Below, in pieces: positions 41,342 through 50,691 of a DNA stretch of 64,000 bases. Every line of letters starts with the position of its first letter. The first letter of the stretch is position 1. Origin of the DNA: Dehalococcoidia bacterium (GTDB taxonomy: Bacteria; Chloroflexota; Dehalococcoidia; Bin125); assembly GCA_963662615.2 (NCBI GenBank), contig CAXXSR010000002.1, forward strand, positions 448,001-512,000, given 5' to 3'. A program made the translations under genes and the position numbers. The notes under the pieces are model-generated. The model ran no database searches. It was given only the letters and a program-made list of their open reading frames with translations, and was not told where the DNA came from.

Positions 41342-43228
41342 ATGTCGCCAATCGACTTGGACCAGCTGTTGGCAGGCGTCTCCAAGCCGGCCCGCTACTG
41401 CGGTGGCGAATGGAATAGTCTGCCCCAACCCTGGGACGACGCCGCCGTCCGCTGGGCCCTGATCTATCCGGACGTCTACGACATTGGCATGTCGAACGGC
41501 GGGCTGGCGATCCTCTACGACATCCTCAACCGGGTCCCGCGCACGCTGGCGGAGCGCTGCTTTGCTCCCTGGCCGGACATGGAAGCGTCGCTGCGGGGGC
41601 AGGGTGCGCCGCTCTTCAGCCTGGAGAACCGGCGTCCGCTGGGCGAGTTCGACGTCTTGGGCTTCTCGCTCTCGTACGAGCTGACGTACACCAACGTGCT
41701 CAACATGCTGGATCTCGCCGGGATCTCCGTCCTGGCGGCCGGCCGCGGCGAGCGCGATCCACTGGTCATCGCCGGCGGATCCGGTGCGCTGGTGCCGGAG
41801 CCGCTGGCCACCGTGGTGGACGCCTTCGTGCTGGGCGAAGGCGAAGAGGTGGTGCTGGACGTGAACGCGCTCTTGCACGAGTGGAAAGAGGGCGGCGGCA
41901 GCCGCGCGGAGCTGCTGCGGCGCTTGGCGCGGATTCCGGGCGTCTACGTGCCGAGCTTCTACGAGTGGACGTACAACGATGACGGCACCGTTGCCGAGGT
42001 GGTGACGACGGATGCCGCGGCGCCACTGCCCGTGGTCAAGCGCACCATGCAGGGGCTGCCGCCGGTTTTGACCGCGCCCATTGTGCCGTTCCTGCAGACG
42101 GTGCACGACCGGGCCGGGATTGAGATCCAGCGAGGTTGCACGCAAGGCTGTCGCTTCTGTCAGGCCGGAATGATCTATCGGCCGCTGCGTGAGCGGACAC
42201 CGGAGGAGGTTGTGGCGGCGGCCAGGGCGCTGTTCGCCAGCACGGGCTACCAGGAGCTGTCGCTGGTCTCGCTGAGCAGCACGGACCACAGCCAGATCAA
42301 GGAGATCGTGTTCGCGCTGCGGGCGGCGTTTGGCGACAGCATCACGATTTCCTTGCCGAGTACGCGCGTCGATTCGTTCAGCGTAGACGTCGCGCTCGCC
42401 TGCGCTCCCGGCAAGAAGCACGGGATGACGTTCGCGCCGGAGGCGGGCAGTCAGCGGCTGCGCAACGCCATCAACAAGGTGGTCGCGGAGCAGGATCTGC
42501 TGGACGCCGCCCGCAACACCTTTGAGCAGGGCTGGACGAACATTAAGCTCTACTTCATGGTGGGCTTGCCCACCGAGACGATGGCCGACGTGCGGGGCAT
42601 TGTGGATTGGGCGGCGCAGGTGAAGCAGATCGGCCGGGAGGTGGTGGGGCCGCGGGCCCGCGTGCGCGTGTCCACGTCGAATCACGTGCCCAAGGCGCAC
42701 GCGCCCTTCCAATGGGCGCGGCAGGAGACGGCGGAGGAGCTGGCGCCGAAGCACGCGCTCCTCCGAGACGCCTGCCGTAAGGCGAGGCTGGACTTCACTT
42801 GGAACGACCCCCGGGAGTCAACCCTGGAGGGCGTGCTGAGCCGCGGCGACCGTCGCGTCGCAGATGTGGTGGTGGAAGCGTGGCGACGGGGAGCGCGATT
42901 CGACGCGTGGAGCGAGCATTACAATGCGGCAGCCTGGGATGGCGCCTTCCGCACGGTGGGGGTGGATCCGGCGTTCTACTGTCACCGCCAACGCGACCTC
43001 TGGGAGCGCTTCCCCTGGTCCCACATCGCCAGCGGGGTCAGTGAGGCGTTCCTGCGCAAGGAGTGGCTGCGCACGGAGAAGGAGCTGACCACGGACGACT
43101 GCCGGGACGGCTGCAACGTCTGCGGCCTGGAGCACGAGGCGCGGCTCTGCGAGATCAAGCTGGACGAGCTGATCGCAAGGAAACGGGGCACGTTGCGGGG
43201 AGAACCGGTCCCAGTCGTCTCTTCGTGA
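41342..43228 (+). CDS. TIGR03960-type B12-binding-like radical SAM protein
   Basis: KPARY.GGE.N, YPDVY.IGMSN, RGCTQGCRFCQAG (CxxxCxxC), FAPEAG..RLR..INK, C-terminal C...C..CG. Confidence 0.9.
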   Translation: MSPIDLDQLLAGVSKPARYCGGEWNSLPQPWDDAAVRWALIYPDVYDIGMSNGGLAILYDILNRVPRTLAERCFAPWPDMEASLRGQGAPLFSLENRRPLGEFDVLGFSLSYELTYTNVLNMLDLAGISVLAAGRGERDPLVIAGGSGALVPEPLATVVDAFVLGEGEEVVLDVNALLHEWKEGGGSRAELLRRLARIPGVYVPSFYEWTYNDDGTVAEVVTTDAAAPLPVVKRTMQGLPPVLTAPIVPFLQTVHDRAGIEIQRGCTQGCRFCQAGMIYRPLRERTPEEVVAAARALFASTGYQELSLVSLSSTDHSQIKEIVFALRAAFGDSITISLPSTRVDSFSVDVALACAPGKKHGMTFAPEAGSQRLRNAINKVVAEQDLLDAARNTFEQGWTNIKLYFMVGLPTETMADVRGIVDWAAQVKQIGREVVGPRARVRVSTSNHVPKAHAPFQWARQETAEELAPKHALLRDACRKARLDFTWNDPRESTLEGVLSRGDRRVADVVVEAWRRGARFDAWSEHYNAAAWDGAFRTVGVDPAFYCHRQRDLWERFPWSHIASGVSEAFLRKEWLRTEKELTTDDCRDGCNVCGLEHEARLCEIKLDELIARKRGTLRGEPVPVVSS

Positions 43229-43232
43229 GTTC

Positions 43233-43757
43233 GTGAGCCGGAGCGGCGAACGGATGGGTCGAGAGGTCCTCGATCATCTGGTTTGGCAGTTGGATGAATG
43301 CTTCGAGCGCAAGCCCGAGCATTCGCTGATGGCGAACCTCTCTTCCGTCACGCCGGATGACTTGGAGCGGTTGCCCCCCGGCGGCGGTCGCACGGTGCGC
43401 GACATCATTGTGCACTGCGCGTCCGTGAAGCGGATGCACACGAGTCATGCCTTTGGTGATCGGGAGCTGCAGTGGTGGACGGCGTGGGATGGGGAGGGCG
43501 AGCAGACGGAGGCCGACTTTGAGGCGCTCTTGGCGTGGTTGCGGCGCGCCCATGCTGAGGCGCAGGAGGCGGTCCGATCCCTCAGTGACGACTCGGAGCT
43601 GCTGGCGGAGCGGCACACGCACTGGGGCGAGTTACGGGCGACGCGCCTGATCATTGACGCGATCCTGATTCACGACGTCTACCACGCCGGCGAGATCAAC
43701 CACCTGCGGGGGCTGCTGCAGCAGGCGGACCACTTCCCCCACGGCGGCCGGACTTAA
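43233..43757 (+). CDS. DinB/YfiT-family protein
   Basis: RTV.DII.H and HDVYHAGEI.HL metal-binding triad. Confidence 0.82.
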   Translation: MSRSGERMGREVLDHLVWQLDECFERKPEHSLMANLSSVTPDDLERLPPGGGRTVRDIIVHCASVKRMHTSHAFGDRELQWWTAWDGEGEQTEADFEALLAWLRRAHAEAQEAVRSLSDDSELLAERHTHWGELRATRLIIDAILIHDVYHAGEINHLRGLLQQADHFPHGGRT

Positions 43758-43773
43758 CCGCCGCGTCAGAGCC

Positions 43774-43857
43774 GCAGCCGGCGGGCGCAGTTCGTCCGTC
43801 GTCCCTTCAGCCCTGCGGGGCCCTAAGGACGGGGACGCGTAGGGCGAACGGGGCTGC
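43774..43857. terminator. Long imperfect inverted repeat between convergent genes
   Basis: Nested pairings GCAGCC/GGCTGC, GTTCGTCC/GGGCGAAC and CGTCCC/GGGACG; no U-tract. Confidence 0.4.
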
Positions 43858-43859
43858 TG

Positions 43860-45125
43860 TCAGGGGAAGATGCCGCGGATGGCCGTAGCTTCCACCACGC
43901 GCTGCACGCCCACAATATGGGCGGCCTCCCGCAGGGGAACGCTGCGAGTCTCGGCCGTCTCCCAGACCTGCGCGAAGGCGCGACGCATGATCCGCGCCAA
44001 GCGCTGGTTGACCTCATCCTCCTCCCAGAAGAATGACTGCAGATCCTGGACCCATTCCATGTAGGAGACGGTGACGCCCCCGGCGTTGGCGAGGATGTCC
44101 GGGAGGACGGTGATGCCGCGCTGGCGCAGTATCGCGTCGGCGTCGGGGCTGGTGGGCCCGTTCGCCGCTTCCACCACGACCTTGGCGCGGATGCGGTCGG
44201 CGTTCTCGGCCAGGATCACGTTCTCCACGGCGGCCGGGACGAGATAGTCGCAGTCCAATTCCAGCAGTTCAGCGTTGCTGATGCGGTCGGCATGGGGCAG
44301 GGGCTGAACGAAGCGGCCGCGGTCGTCGGCGCAGTCCAGCACCGCCGGAATATCGAGGCCGTGGGCGTTGTAGTAGCCGGCCGCCGAGTCGGAGACGGCG
44401 ATGAGGCGGGCGCCCGAGCGCTGGAGGAGCCGCGCGGCAACGCTGCCCACCTGCCCGAACCCCTGCACCGCGACCCGCAGCCCCTCCAGCGTTTCGCCAC
44501 GGCGCTTGACCAACTCCTCAATGCAGATGAGCACGCCGCGACCCGTTGCCTCATAGCGGCCCAGGCTGCCGCCCACGGAGACCGGCTTGCCCGTGACCAC
44601 GGCCGGGACGGTGTGCCCCTGTGCCATGGAGTAGGTGTCCATCATCCAGGCCATGACGCGGGCGTCCGTCCCCATGTCCGGCGCGGGGATGTCCCGATCC
44701 GGCCCAATGATGGGCACCAGCTCCGAGAAGTAGCGGCGGCTGAGGTTCTCCAGTTCCGCCTCGCTGAGTTCCGCCGGATCCACCACCACCCCGCCCTTGG
44801 CGCCGCCAAAGGGGAGGTTGACCACCGCGCACTTCCACGTCATCCACATGGCCAGGGCGCGGACGTCGTCAAGGGAAACGTGGCCGGAGTAGCGGATGCC
44901 GCCTTTGAACGGCCCGCGCGCGTCATTGTGCTGCACACGGTAACCCCGGAAAACGCGGACGCTGCCGTCGTCCATCTCCACGGGGAAGTTGACCGTGAGT
45001 TCGCGCTTGGGGCGCTTGAGCATCTCCACTTTGCGCGGATCAAGGCTGAGGGAGGCGACCGCCGCCTCCAGTTGGCGCACCGCGGAGGCGTAGGGGTTGG
45101 GAGCGCGGGGTCCGGCAACGGTCAT
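43860..45125 (-). CDS. gdhA: Glu/Leu/Phe/Val dehydrogenase (glutamate dehydrogenase)
   Basis: RGP.KGGIR, MTWKCA, GGAKGG, DIPAPD, ATGRG, QGFGQVG, ANAGGV.VSY.EW.Q. Confidence 0.95.
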   Translation of the reverse strand: MTVAGPRAPNPYASAVRQLEAAVASLSLDPRKVEMLKRPKRELTVNFPVEMDDGSVRVFRGYRVQHNDARGPFKGGIRYSGHVSLDDVRALAMWMTWKCAVVNLPFGGAKGGVVVDPAELSEAELENLSRRYFSELVPIIGPDRDIPAPDMGTDARVMAWMMDTYSMAQGHTVPAVVTGKPVSVGGSLGRYEATGRGVLICIEELVKRRGETLEGLRVAVQGFGQVGSVAARLLQRSGARLIAVSDSAAGYYNAHGLDIPAVLDCADDRGRFVQPLPHADRISNAELLELDCDYLVPAAVENVILAENADRIRAKVVVEAANGPTSPDADAILRQRGITVLPDILANAGGVTVSYMEWVQDLQSFFWEEDEVNQRLARIMRRAFAQVWETAETRSVPLREAAHIVGVQRVVEATAIRGIFP

Positions 45126-45168
45126 GGGGAGTCGCCTCCAGGGAAGGGCTCGGCTGCGCTCACACGCC

Positions 45169-46476
45169 TCAGAGGTGCAGCGCCGCCTCGAAAGGAGACG
45201 TCCCCTCGAAGGGCCCCACGACGGCGAGATAGAGGTTCTCGTCGCGGAACAACGTGTTCGCGGCGCCGACGAGATCGTCGCTGGTGACCGTTTCGATCTT
45301 CGCCACCACCTCCTCAACGCTGAGGGTGCGGTCCAGCAGCAACGCCTGCCCGCCGTACCAGGAGGAGACCGCGCGGGTGTCCTCCATATTCAGCAGCATG
45401 CGGCCCTTGGTGTATTCCAGGACCTTGCGCAGTTCCTCGGCGGGGATGCCATCACCCAGACGTCGCAGCTCCGCGAGCGTGGCCAGCAACGCCTCCAAGG
45501 AGTTGTCCGGGTCCACGCCCATGTAGATCGCAACGGAGCCCGTATCGCGGTAGGTGGCAGCGTAGGCGTGGACGTCGTAGGCGAGGCCCAGATCCTCTCG
45601 CAACGACACGAAGAGGCGACTGCTCATGCCGTCGCCGAGGAGGCCGGCAAGGAGGCTCACCGCGTAGCGGTCGGGATCCACGGCCGACACGCCGGGCACC
45701 GCAAGCATCAGATGGGCCTGTTCGGTCGCCTTGTGGCGCAGCCGCACCTGGGGGTGATCGGGCGCCGGCGGCTTGACCGCCTCCCAGGAGCCGGGCAGGC
45801 CGTGGTCCCATTCTGCTGTCGCGCTTTCGACGATGGCGGCGACGCGATCGGGATCGGCTGCGCCGGCGACGGAGATCATCGCGTTGGTGGGGGCATACTG
45901 ATCGCGCCGGTACGCGACCGCGCGGGCCCGCGAGATGGCGCGGACCGATTCCGGGGTACCGGCCACGTCACGGCCCAGCGGCTGCTCCGGCCAGAGCAGG
46001 CTGTCCAGGGCGATCTCCACGAGTTGGCTGGGGCTGTCCTCCACGCCGGCGAGCTCTTCCAGGATGACGTTGCGCTCTTTCTCAAGCTCATCCGCGTCGA
46101 AGATGGGCCGCAAGACCATATCGATCACAATGTCCAGTGCGGTCTCCAGATGATCGCGGGGGACCTTGGCGTAGTAGACGGTGAGTTCGCGATCCGTGCC
46201 GGCGTTGAGCACGCCGCCGACGCTCTCAATGGCTTCGGAGATTTGCTGGGCGCTGGGCCGGCGCGGCGTTCCCTTGAAGCAGCAGTGTTCCACCAGGTGC
46301 GAGATGCCGGCGTCGGCGTCGCCTTCGTAACGGGAGCCGGCGCCGAAGTAGAAGCTCACGGTGACGGAGCGGGCGTACGCCATGGTCGACGTGAGCACGC
46401 GGAGGCCGTTGGGCAGAACGCGGCTGTCCAGCACTGGAGGAGGCGCGGACAGGTCGGTCGTGGCACTCTCCCTCAT
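45169..46476 (-). CDS. M16 (pitrilysin) family zinc peptidase
   Basis: GSRYE, SHLVEH (HxxEH), LNA.T, ER.VILEE, GMSSRLF..LRE..GLAY. Confidence 0.93.
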   Translation of the reverse strand: MRESATTDLSAPPPVLDSRVLPNGLRVLTSTMAYARSVTVSFYFGAGSRYEGDADAGISHLVEHCCFKGTPRRPSAQQISEAIESVGGVLNAGTDRELTVYYAKVPRDHLETALDIVIDMVLRPIFDADELEKERNVILEELAGVEDSPSQLVEIALDSLLWPEQPLGRDVAGTPESVRAISRARAVAYRRDQYAPTNAMISVAGAADPDRVAAIVESATAEWDHGLPGSWEAVKPPAPDHPQVRLRHKATEQAHLMLAVPGVSAVDPDRYAVSLLAGLLGDGMSSRLFVSLREDLGLAYDVHAYAATYRDTGSVAIYMGVDPDNSLEALLATLAELRRLGDGIPAEELRKVLEYTKGRMLLNMEDTRAVSSWYGGQALLLDRTLSVEEVVAKIETVTSDDLVGAANTLFRDENLYLAVVGPFEGTSPFEAALHL

Positions 46477-46740
46477 GGCGCGTCCTCAACTCGCGGGCGC
46501 CGCGTCCCTGGGGTTCGGCCTTGTCCGGCCGCCCCCCGACGGCGAGCGCGTCGGGGCGCTCGGTGCTCGTGATTCTGGAGCAGCACAAGATCCTCGCCGC
46601 CACTAACCTCACGCGCGGGCTCCAGGAGATGCCTTGCGGCCGCATACGCGGCGGGTCGGCGCTGGTCGTCACACGGAGGGCGGCGAGAGTGTAGAGGACG
46701 GAGAGGCGCGCCGCCATCCAAGCGCCCCGGCCCCGATCCC

Positions 46741-46776
46741 TGCGATGTGGCTTGCAATGTCGCCTGCAATGTCGCA
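46741..46776. repeat. Three 12-bp tandem repeats (consensus TGCAATGTCGCn) in a divergent intergenic region
   Basis: TGCGATGTGGCT / TGCAATGTCGCC / TGCAATGTCGCA. Confidence 0.8.
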
Positions 46777-46811
46777 TAGCTCACGCACCCTGCCGTCCTC
46801 TGCGTCGGCGA

Positions 46812-46841
46812 TGGACGCCTCTGCGGATGCCTGCGTACAAT
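46812..46841 (+). promoter_or_regulatory. Putative lysA promoter
   Basis: TGGACG-N18-TACAAT. Confidence 0.45.
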
Positions 46842-46968
46842 CAGGAGGCGGCGTTTCTGTGCGGCGCTGCAGACACAGGCGTACTTGGGAGTTCCGCGCG
46901 CGGCCGCCGCATCCGCCCCCGAACGAGGGGGCGATTTCGGAGGAGCCGGCGCGGAGGGTTCGATCTCT

Positions 46969-48336
46969 GTGGCGACTGAACGCGGCGAGGCCTTTCCGCA
47001 GGCCTCGCTCTTCCCCTTCAGCGTTGAGGCCGATGCCGCCGGACGGTTGCGCATCGGCGGCTGCGACGTGCCGTCGCTCGCCGCCGAGTATGGGACGCCG
47101 CTCTACCTCTACGACGAGGCGACCATCCGCAGCATGTGCCGCGAATACCGCCGCGAGTTCGGTGAGCGCCTCCCGGACGCCCGTGTGCTCTATGCCGCCA
47201 AGGCGTATTTAAGCCCCTACCTCGCCGCCATTCTGGCGGAGGAGGGGATCGGGATCGAAGTGGTGTCGGGCGGGGAGCTGTTCGTGGCGCGCGCGGGTGG
47301 CTGCCCGGCCGAACGGATGGCGTTGCACGGCAACAACAAGAGCGAGCAAGAGTTGGAGGAGGCGCTGGCGGCGGGCGTCGCTCGGGTGGTGGTGGATAAC
47401 GCGTCCGAACTGGACTCGTTGGCACGGCTGGCGGCCGCTCAGGGCCGGCGCCAGCCGATCATGCTGCGTCTGGCGCCCGGCATAGACGCGCATACGCACC
47501 GCAAGACCAGCACCGGCCTCCAGGACAGTAAGTTCGGCTTTCCGATCCAGGGAGGCTCGGCGGAGGCGGCGGTGGCGCGGGCGCTGGCCGAGCCCTCTCT
47601 GGAGCTGACCGGGTATCACGTGCACCTGGGCTCGCCGATCTATGAGCCGGAGCCCTACACGCTGGGAATCGACGTGGTGGTAGCGTTCGCCGCGGCCATG
47701 CGGGAGGCTCACGGCTTCGTCTGGCGCGAGTTCAGCCCGGGTGGCGGCTTCGCCGTCAGCTACACCGCCGACCGCCCGGCTCCATCCATCGCGCGCTACG
47801 CGGAGACGATCGCTGCGGCGCTGCGCGGCGCCTGCGCGCGTCACGGCTTGCCCTTGCCAACGGTGCATCTTGAGCCGGGGCGGTCGCTGGTGGCGCGGGC
47901 CGGAGTGGCGCTCTACACGGTGGGCGCGCGCAAGGAGATCCCCGGCGTCCGCAAGTACGTGTCCGTTGACGGCGGCATGGCCGACAACATCCGGCCGGCC
48001 CTCTATGAGTCGCGTTACGCGGCCGTGTTGGCTAATCGGATGCATGCCCCCGTCGCGGAGACCGTGACCGTGGCGGGCAGATTCTGCGAGAGCGGCGATG
48101 TGCTCATCCGGGACATCGCGCTGCCGCGACTGGAGCGGGGGGACTTGCTGGCCGTGCCGGCGAGCGGCGCCTATCACGTGGCTATGGAGAGCAACTACAA
48201 CCTCGCCCAGCGTCCCGCCGTGCTCTTCGTCCACGACGGCGACGTCCAGCTCGTCCGTCGCCGCCAGTCGTACGAGGATCTGCTGGCGCTGGAGTTGCTG
48301 CCGGAGCGCGTGGCGGCGCCGGAGGCGCGGGCATGA
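46969..48336 (+). CDS. lysA: Diaminopimelate decarboxylase
   Basis: YGTPLYLYDE, YAAKA (PLP Lys), HGNNKS, SKFG, H.HLGS, EPGRS, CESGD; GTG start after GGAGG. Confidence 0.95.
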   Translation: MATERGEAFPQASLFPFSVEADAAGRLRIGGCDVPSLAAEYGTPLYLYDEATIRSMCREYRREFGERLPDARVLYAAKAYLSPYLAAILAEEGIGIEVVSGGELFVARAGGCPAERMALHGNNKSEQELEEALAAGVARVVVDNASELDSLARLAAAQGRRQPIMLRLAPGIDAHTHRKTSTGLQDSKFGFPIQGGSAEAAVARALAEPSLELTGYHVHLGSPIYEPEPYTLGIDVVVAFAAAMREAHGFVWREFSPGGGFAVSYTADRPAPSIARYAETIAAALRGACARHGLPLPTVHLEPGRSLVARAGVALYTVGARKEIPGVRKYVSVDGGMADNIRPALYESRYAAVLANRMHAPVAETVTVAGRFCESGDVLIRDIALPRLERGDLLAVPASGAYHVAMESNYNLAQRPAVLFVHDGDVQLVRRRQSYEDLLALELLPERVAAPEARA

Positions 48337-49448
48337 GCAGTGCCAGCGCCGTGGCGGATGTGGGCGTGGCCGCCGGCTGGGGCGTCGTTGGCGGTGCGCG
48401 AGCGGTGGCGACTCTGCAGCGGATGGTCGCGGCCGAGCGGGTTCCCCACGCCCTCTTGATTGTCGGGCCCGCGCAGGTGGGCAAGAGCCGCGTCGCCCTT
48501 GGCCTTGCCCGCGCGCTCAACTGCTTGGCGCCCGCGGAGGGGGAAGCGACGCCCGTCGTTCCCTGCGGACAGTGCCGCGCCTGTCAGTGCATCGACGCCG
48601 GCGCCCACGCCGATGTCGAGATCGTTGCCCCCGGAGGCCTCTGCCGGGTGGCGGAGCACGACCATCGCCACAGCCGCAGCATCGGCATCTGTGCCATCCG
48701 GCGGCTGGAGATGGCGGCGATCATCCAGCCTTACGAGGGCCGCCGCCGCGTCTACATCCTTGATCCGGCCGACGCCCTCACAGCGGAGGCGGCCGACGCT
48801 TTCTTGAAGACGCTGGAAGAGCCCCCCGCCGCGGTCACGTTCCTGCTGGTCACGTCACGGCCGGCGCTGCTCCCCGAGACAGTGCGGTCACGCTGCCGCA
48901 GTGTGACCGTGGCGCCGCTGGCCGTGAAGGAGCTGGCGGCCTGGTTGGAGGCGGAGCAGGGCCTGGCGGCGGATGAGGCGCGCATGCTGGCCCAAGGCGC
49001 GAGAGGCCGCGTGGGCGCGGCTCTGGCCGAACTGCGCGAAGGCGATCCGCGGGCGCGGCAACGCGCGCAGCGTGAGGAGATCCGGCGGCTTTGCGCGGCC
49101 GGCCGTGCCGAGCGCTTCGCCTACGCGGAGGCGCTCGCCGGGCGGAGGGGCCAGGTGGATAACGCTCTGCTGGCGCTGGAGGGCTGGATCGACTGGTGGC
49201 GGGATATGCTGCTATCGGAGGCGGGCTGCGAGGACGGGATTCGCGATCAGGAGGAGTGGCGCGAGCGGGAGTCGGCGTCGCATCGGTACGCGCCGGCGCA
49301 GATCTGCAAATTTCTGGGAGAGCTGCATCGCACGCGGGAGCTGATCCGTCAGGGCGTCAGCGCCCGCTTGGCTCTGGAGGCGTTGCTTGTGGATGTGCCG
49401 GCGCCGCGCGAGTCGGCGGACAACGGCCGAACGGAGGGAGGACCGTAA
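48333..49448 (+). CDS. holB: DNA polymerase III delta-prime subunit
   Basis: HALLI.GP..VGK, LNC, PCGQCRAC, H.D, LKTLEEPP, LPETVRSRC. Confidence 0.92.
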   Translation: MSSASAVADVGVAAGWGVVGGARAVATLQRMVAAERVPHALLIVGPAQVGKSRVALGLARALNCLAPAEGEATPVVPCGQCRACQCIDAGAHADVEIVAPGGLCRVAEHDHRHSRSIGICAIRRLEMAAIIQPYEGRRRVYILDPADALTAEAADAFLKTLEEPPAAVTFLLVTSRPALLPETVRSRCRSVTVAPLAVKELAAWLEAEQGLAADEARMLAQGARGRVGAALAELREGDPRARQRAQREEIRRLCAAGRAERFAYAEALAGRRGQVDNALLALEGWIDWWRDMLLSEAGCEDGIRDQEEWRERESASHRYAPAQICKFLGELHRTRELIRQGVSARLALEALLVDVPAPRESADNGRTEGGP

Positions 49449-49449
49449 G

Positions 49450-50691
49450 ATGGCACCCCGCGTGATCGGCGTGCGCTTTCGAGAGGCGTCGAAGATCTAC
49501 CACTTCGCGCCACCCGACTACCCGCTGCACGCCAGCGACTATGTGGTCGTGGATACGCCGATGGGCCTGGAGATGGGGCGCGTGGTCACGGTTCCGGAAG
49601 ACGACGACGGCGACGTCCCACCCGACACCAAACCCGTTGTCCGCTTGGCCGATCAGCAGGACCGCGACGCAGCCCAGCAGATGCGCGACCGCGCCGAGCA
49701 GATGCTGGAGCGGACGCGGCAGCTCATTGTGGAGCACGGCCTGGAAATGTATGCGGCGGCGTTCCAGATCAATCTCAGCGGTGCGAACGCCACCTGCTAC
49801 TTCCAAGCGAATGGGCCGGTGGATTTCCGAGCCGCGGTGGAGGCGCTGGAGGCGGAGTTCGGGCTTCGCCTGCAGATGAAGCATGCCGGCGCCCGTGATC
49901 GCGCGAAGTTGGTGGACGGCCACGACATCTGCGGCCTCCGCCTCTGCTGTTCGTCCTGGATGACCGAGTTCCCCAAAGTGGGCGTGCGTATGGCGAAGGA
50001 GCAGCAGCTGGCGCTCAATCCCGACAAGATCTCGGGCGTCTGCGGCCGTCTCCTCTGCTGCCTCACTTTTGAGTACGACGTCTATCGGGAGATGCGCGGC
50101 GTGCTCCCCAAAGTCGGCAAGAAGGTCTCCACCCCCGCGGGCATGGGCAGAGTCATTCAGGTGAACGTCCTCAAGGAGACGGCGACGATCGCGCTGGACG
50201 ACTCGCCCCAGCGCGTGGAGGTGCCCGCCAAGGAGATGGGCATGGCGGTGCGGACCGAAGAGCAGTTGAACCAGGCCTTGATTGATACCCCGGGGGTAGG
50301 AGGTGCGCGAGGGGACGCGGTGGCTAAGGACAGGGTGGCTAAGGACACGGCGACTGAAACGGCCGAGCCGGACGCGACGGCGGCATCGACGGGGCAAGGT
50401 GAGGCGGCGAGGGCGCCGGCGCGCCGTCGCCGGCGTGGCCGCGGGGGCGCTCAGGGGGCGCCCACCGCTCCGAGCACAGCCCCCAGCACCGCCCCAACTA
50501 CTGCCCCAGACAACGCCGCGTCGCCGCCCAGCGATGCGCCGCCGGCCGCAGCCGGCCAAGCCGGAGCGGCAGGGGAGACGCCGCGCCGACGCCGACGCAG
50601 GCGCCGCCGTCGCTCCGGGGACGGGGATCGGGGCCGAGAGGGCGACGCGGGCGGGAGCGAGAAGGCGCCGGATCCTCCCCCGGCCGGCTAG
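49450..50691 (+). CDS. PSP1-domain protein (YaaT/RicT-like) with disordered Arg/Ala-rich tail
   Basis: GVRF, VDFR, CG..LCC..W, MAK.Q.L..NP.KISG.CGRL.CCL..E; follows holB. Confidence 0.9.
   Translation: MAPRVIGVRFREASKIYHFAPPDYPLHASDYVVVDTPMGLEMGRVVTVPEDDDGDVPPDTKPVVRLADQQDRDAAQQMRDRAEQMLERTRQLIVEHGLEMYAAAFQINLSGANATCYFQANGPVDFRAAVEALEAEFGLRLQMKHAGARDRAKLVDGHDICGLRLCCSSWMTEFPKVGVRMAKEQQLALNPDKISGVCGRLLCCLTFEYDVYREMRGVLPKVGKKVSTPAGMGRVIQVNVLKETATIALDDSPQRVEVPAKEMGMAVRTEEQLNQALIDTPGVGGARGDAVAKDRVAKDTATETAEPDATAASTGQGEAARAPARRRRRGRGGAQGAPTAPSTAPSTAPTTAPDNAASPPSDAPPAAAGQAGAAGETPRRRRRRRRRRSGDGDRGREGDAGGSEKAPDPPPAG

Noticed and set aside
46500-46620. c-di-AMP (ydaO) riboswitch suggested by CTAACCTC on the plus strand
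   Set aside because: No GGGGA-ACC or GGGGUGAAU core, and wrong orientation for the adjacent gene.
46695-46968. Lysine riboswitch upstream of lysA (GACGGAGAGGCGCGCC resembles its 5' end)
   Set aside because: The downstream core elements (AGUA, GAAAGG, GCCGAA, CUGUC) are absent, and the match lies upstream of the putative lysA promoter.
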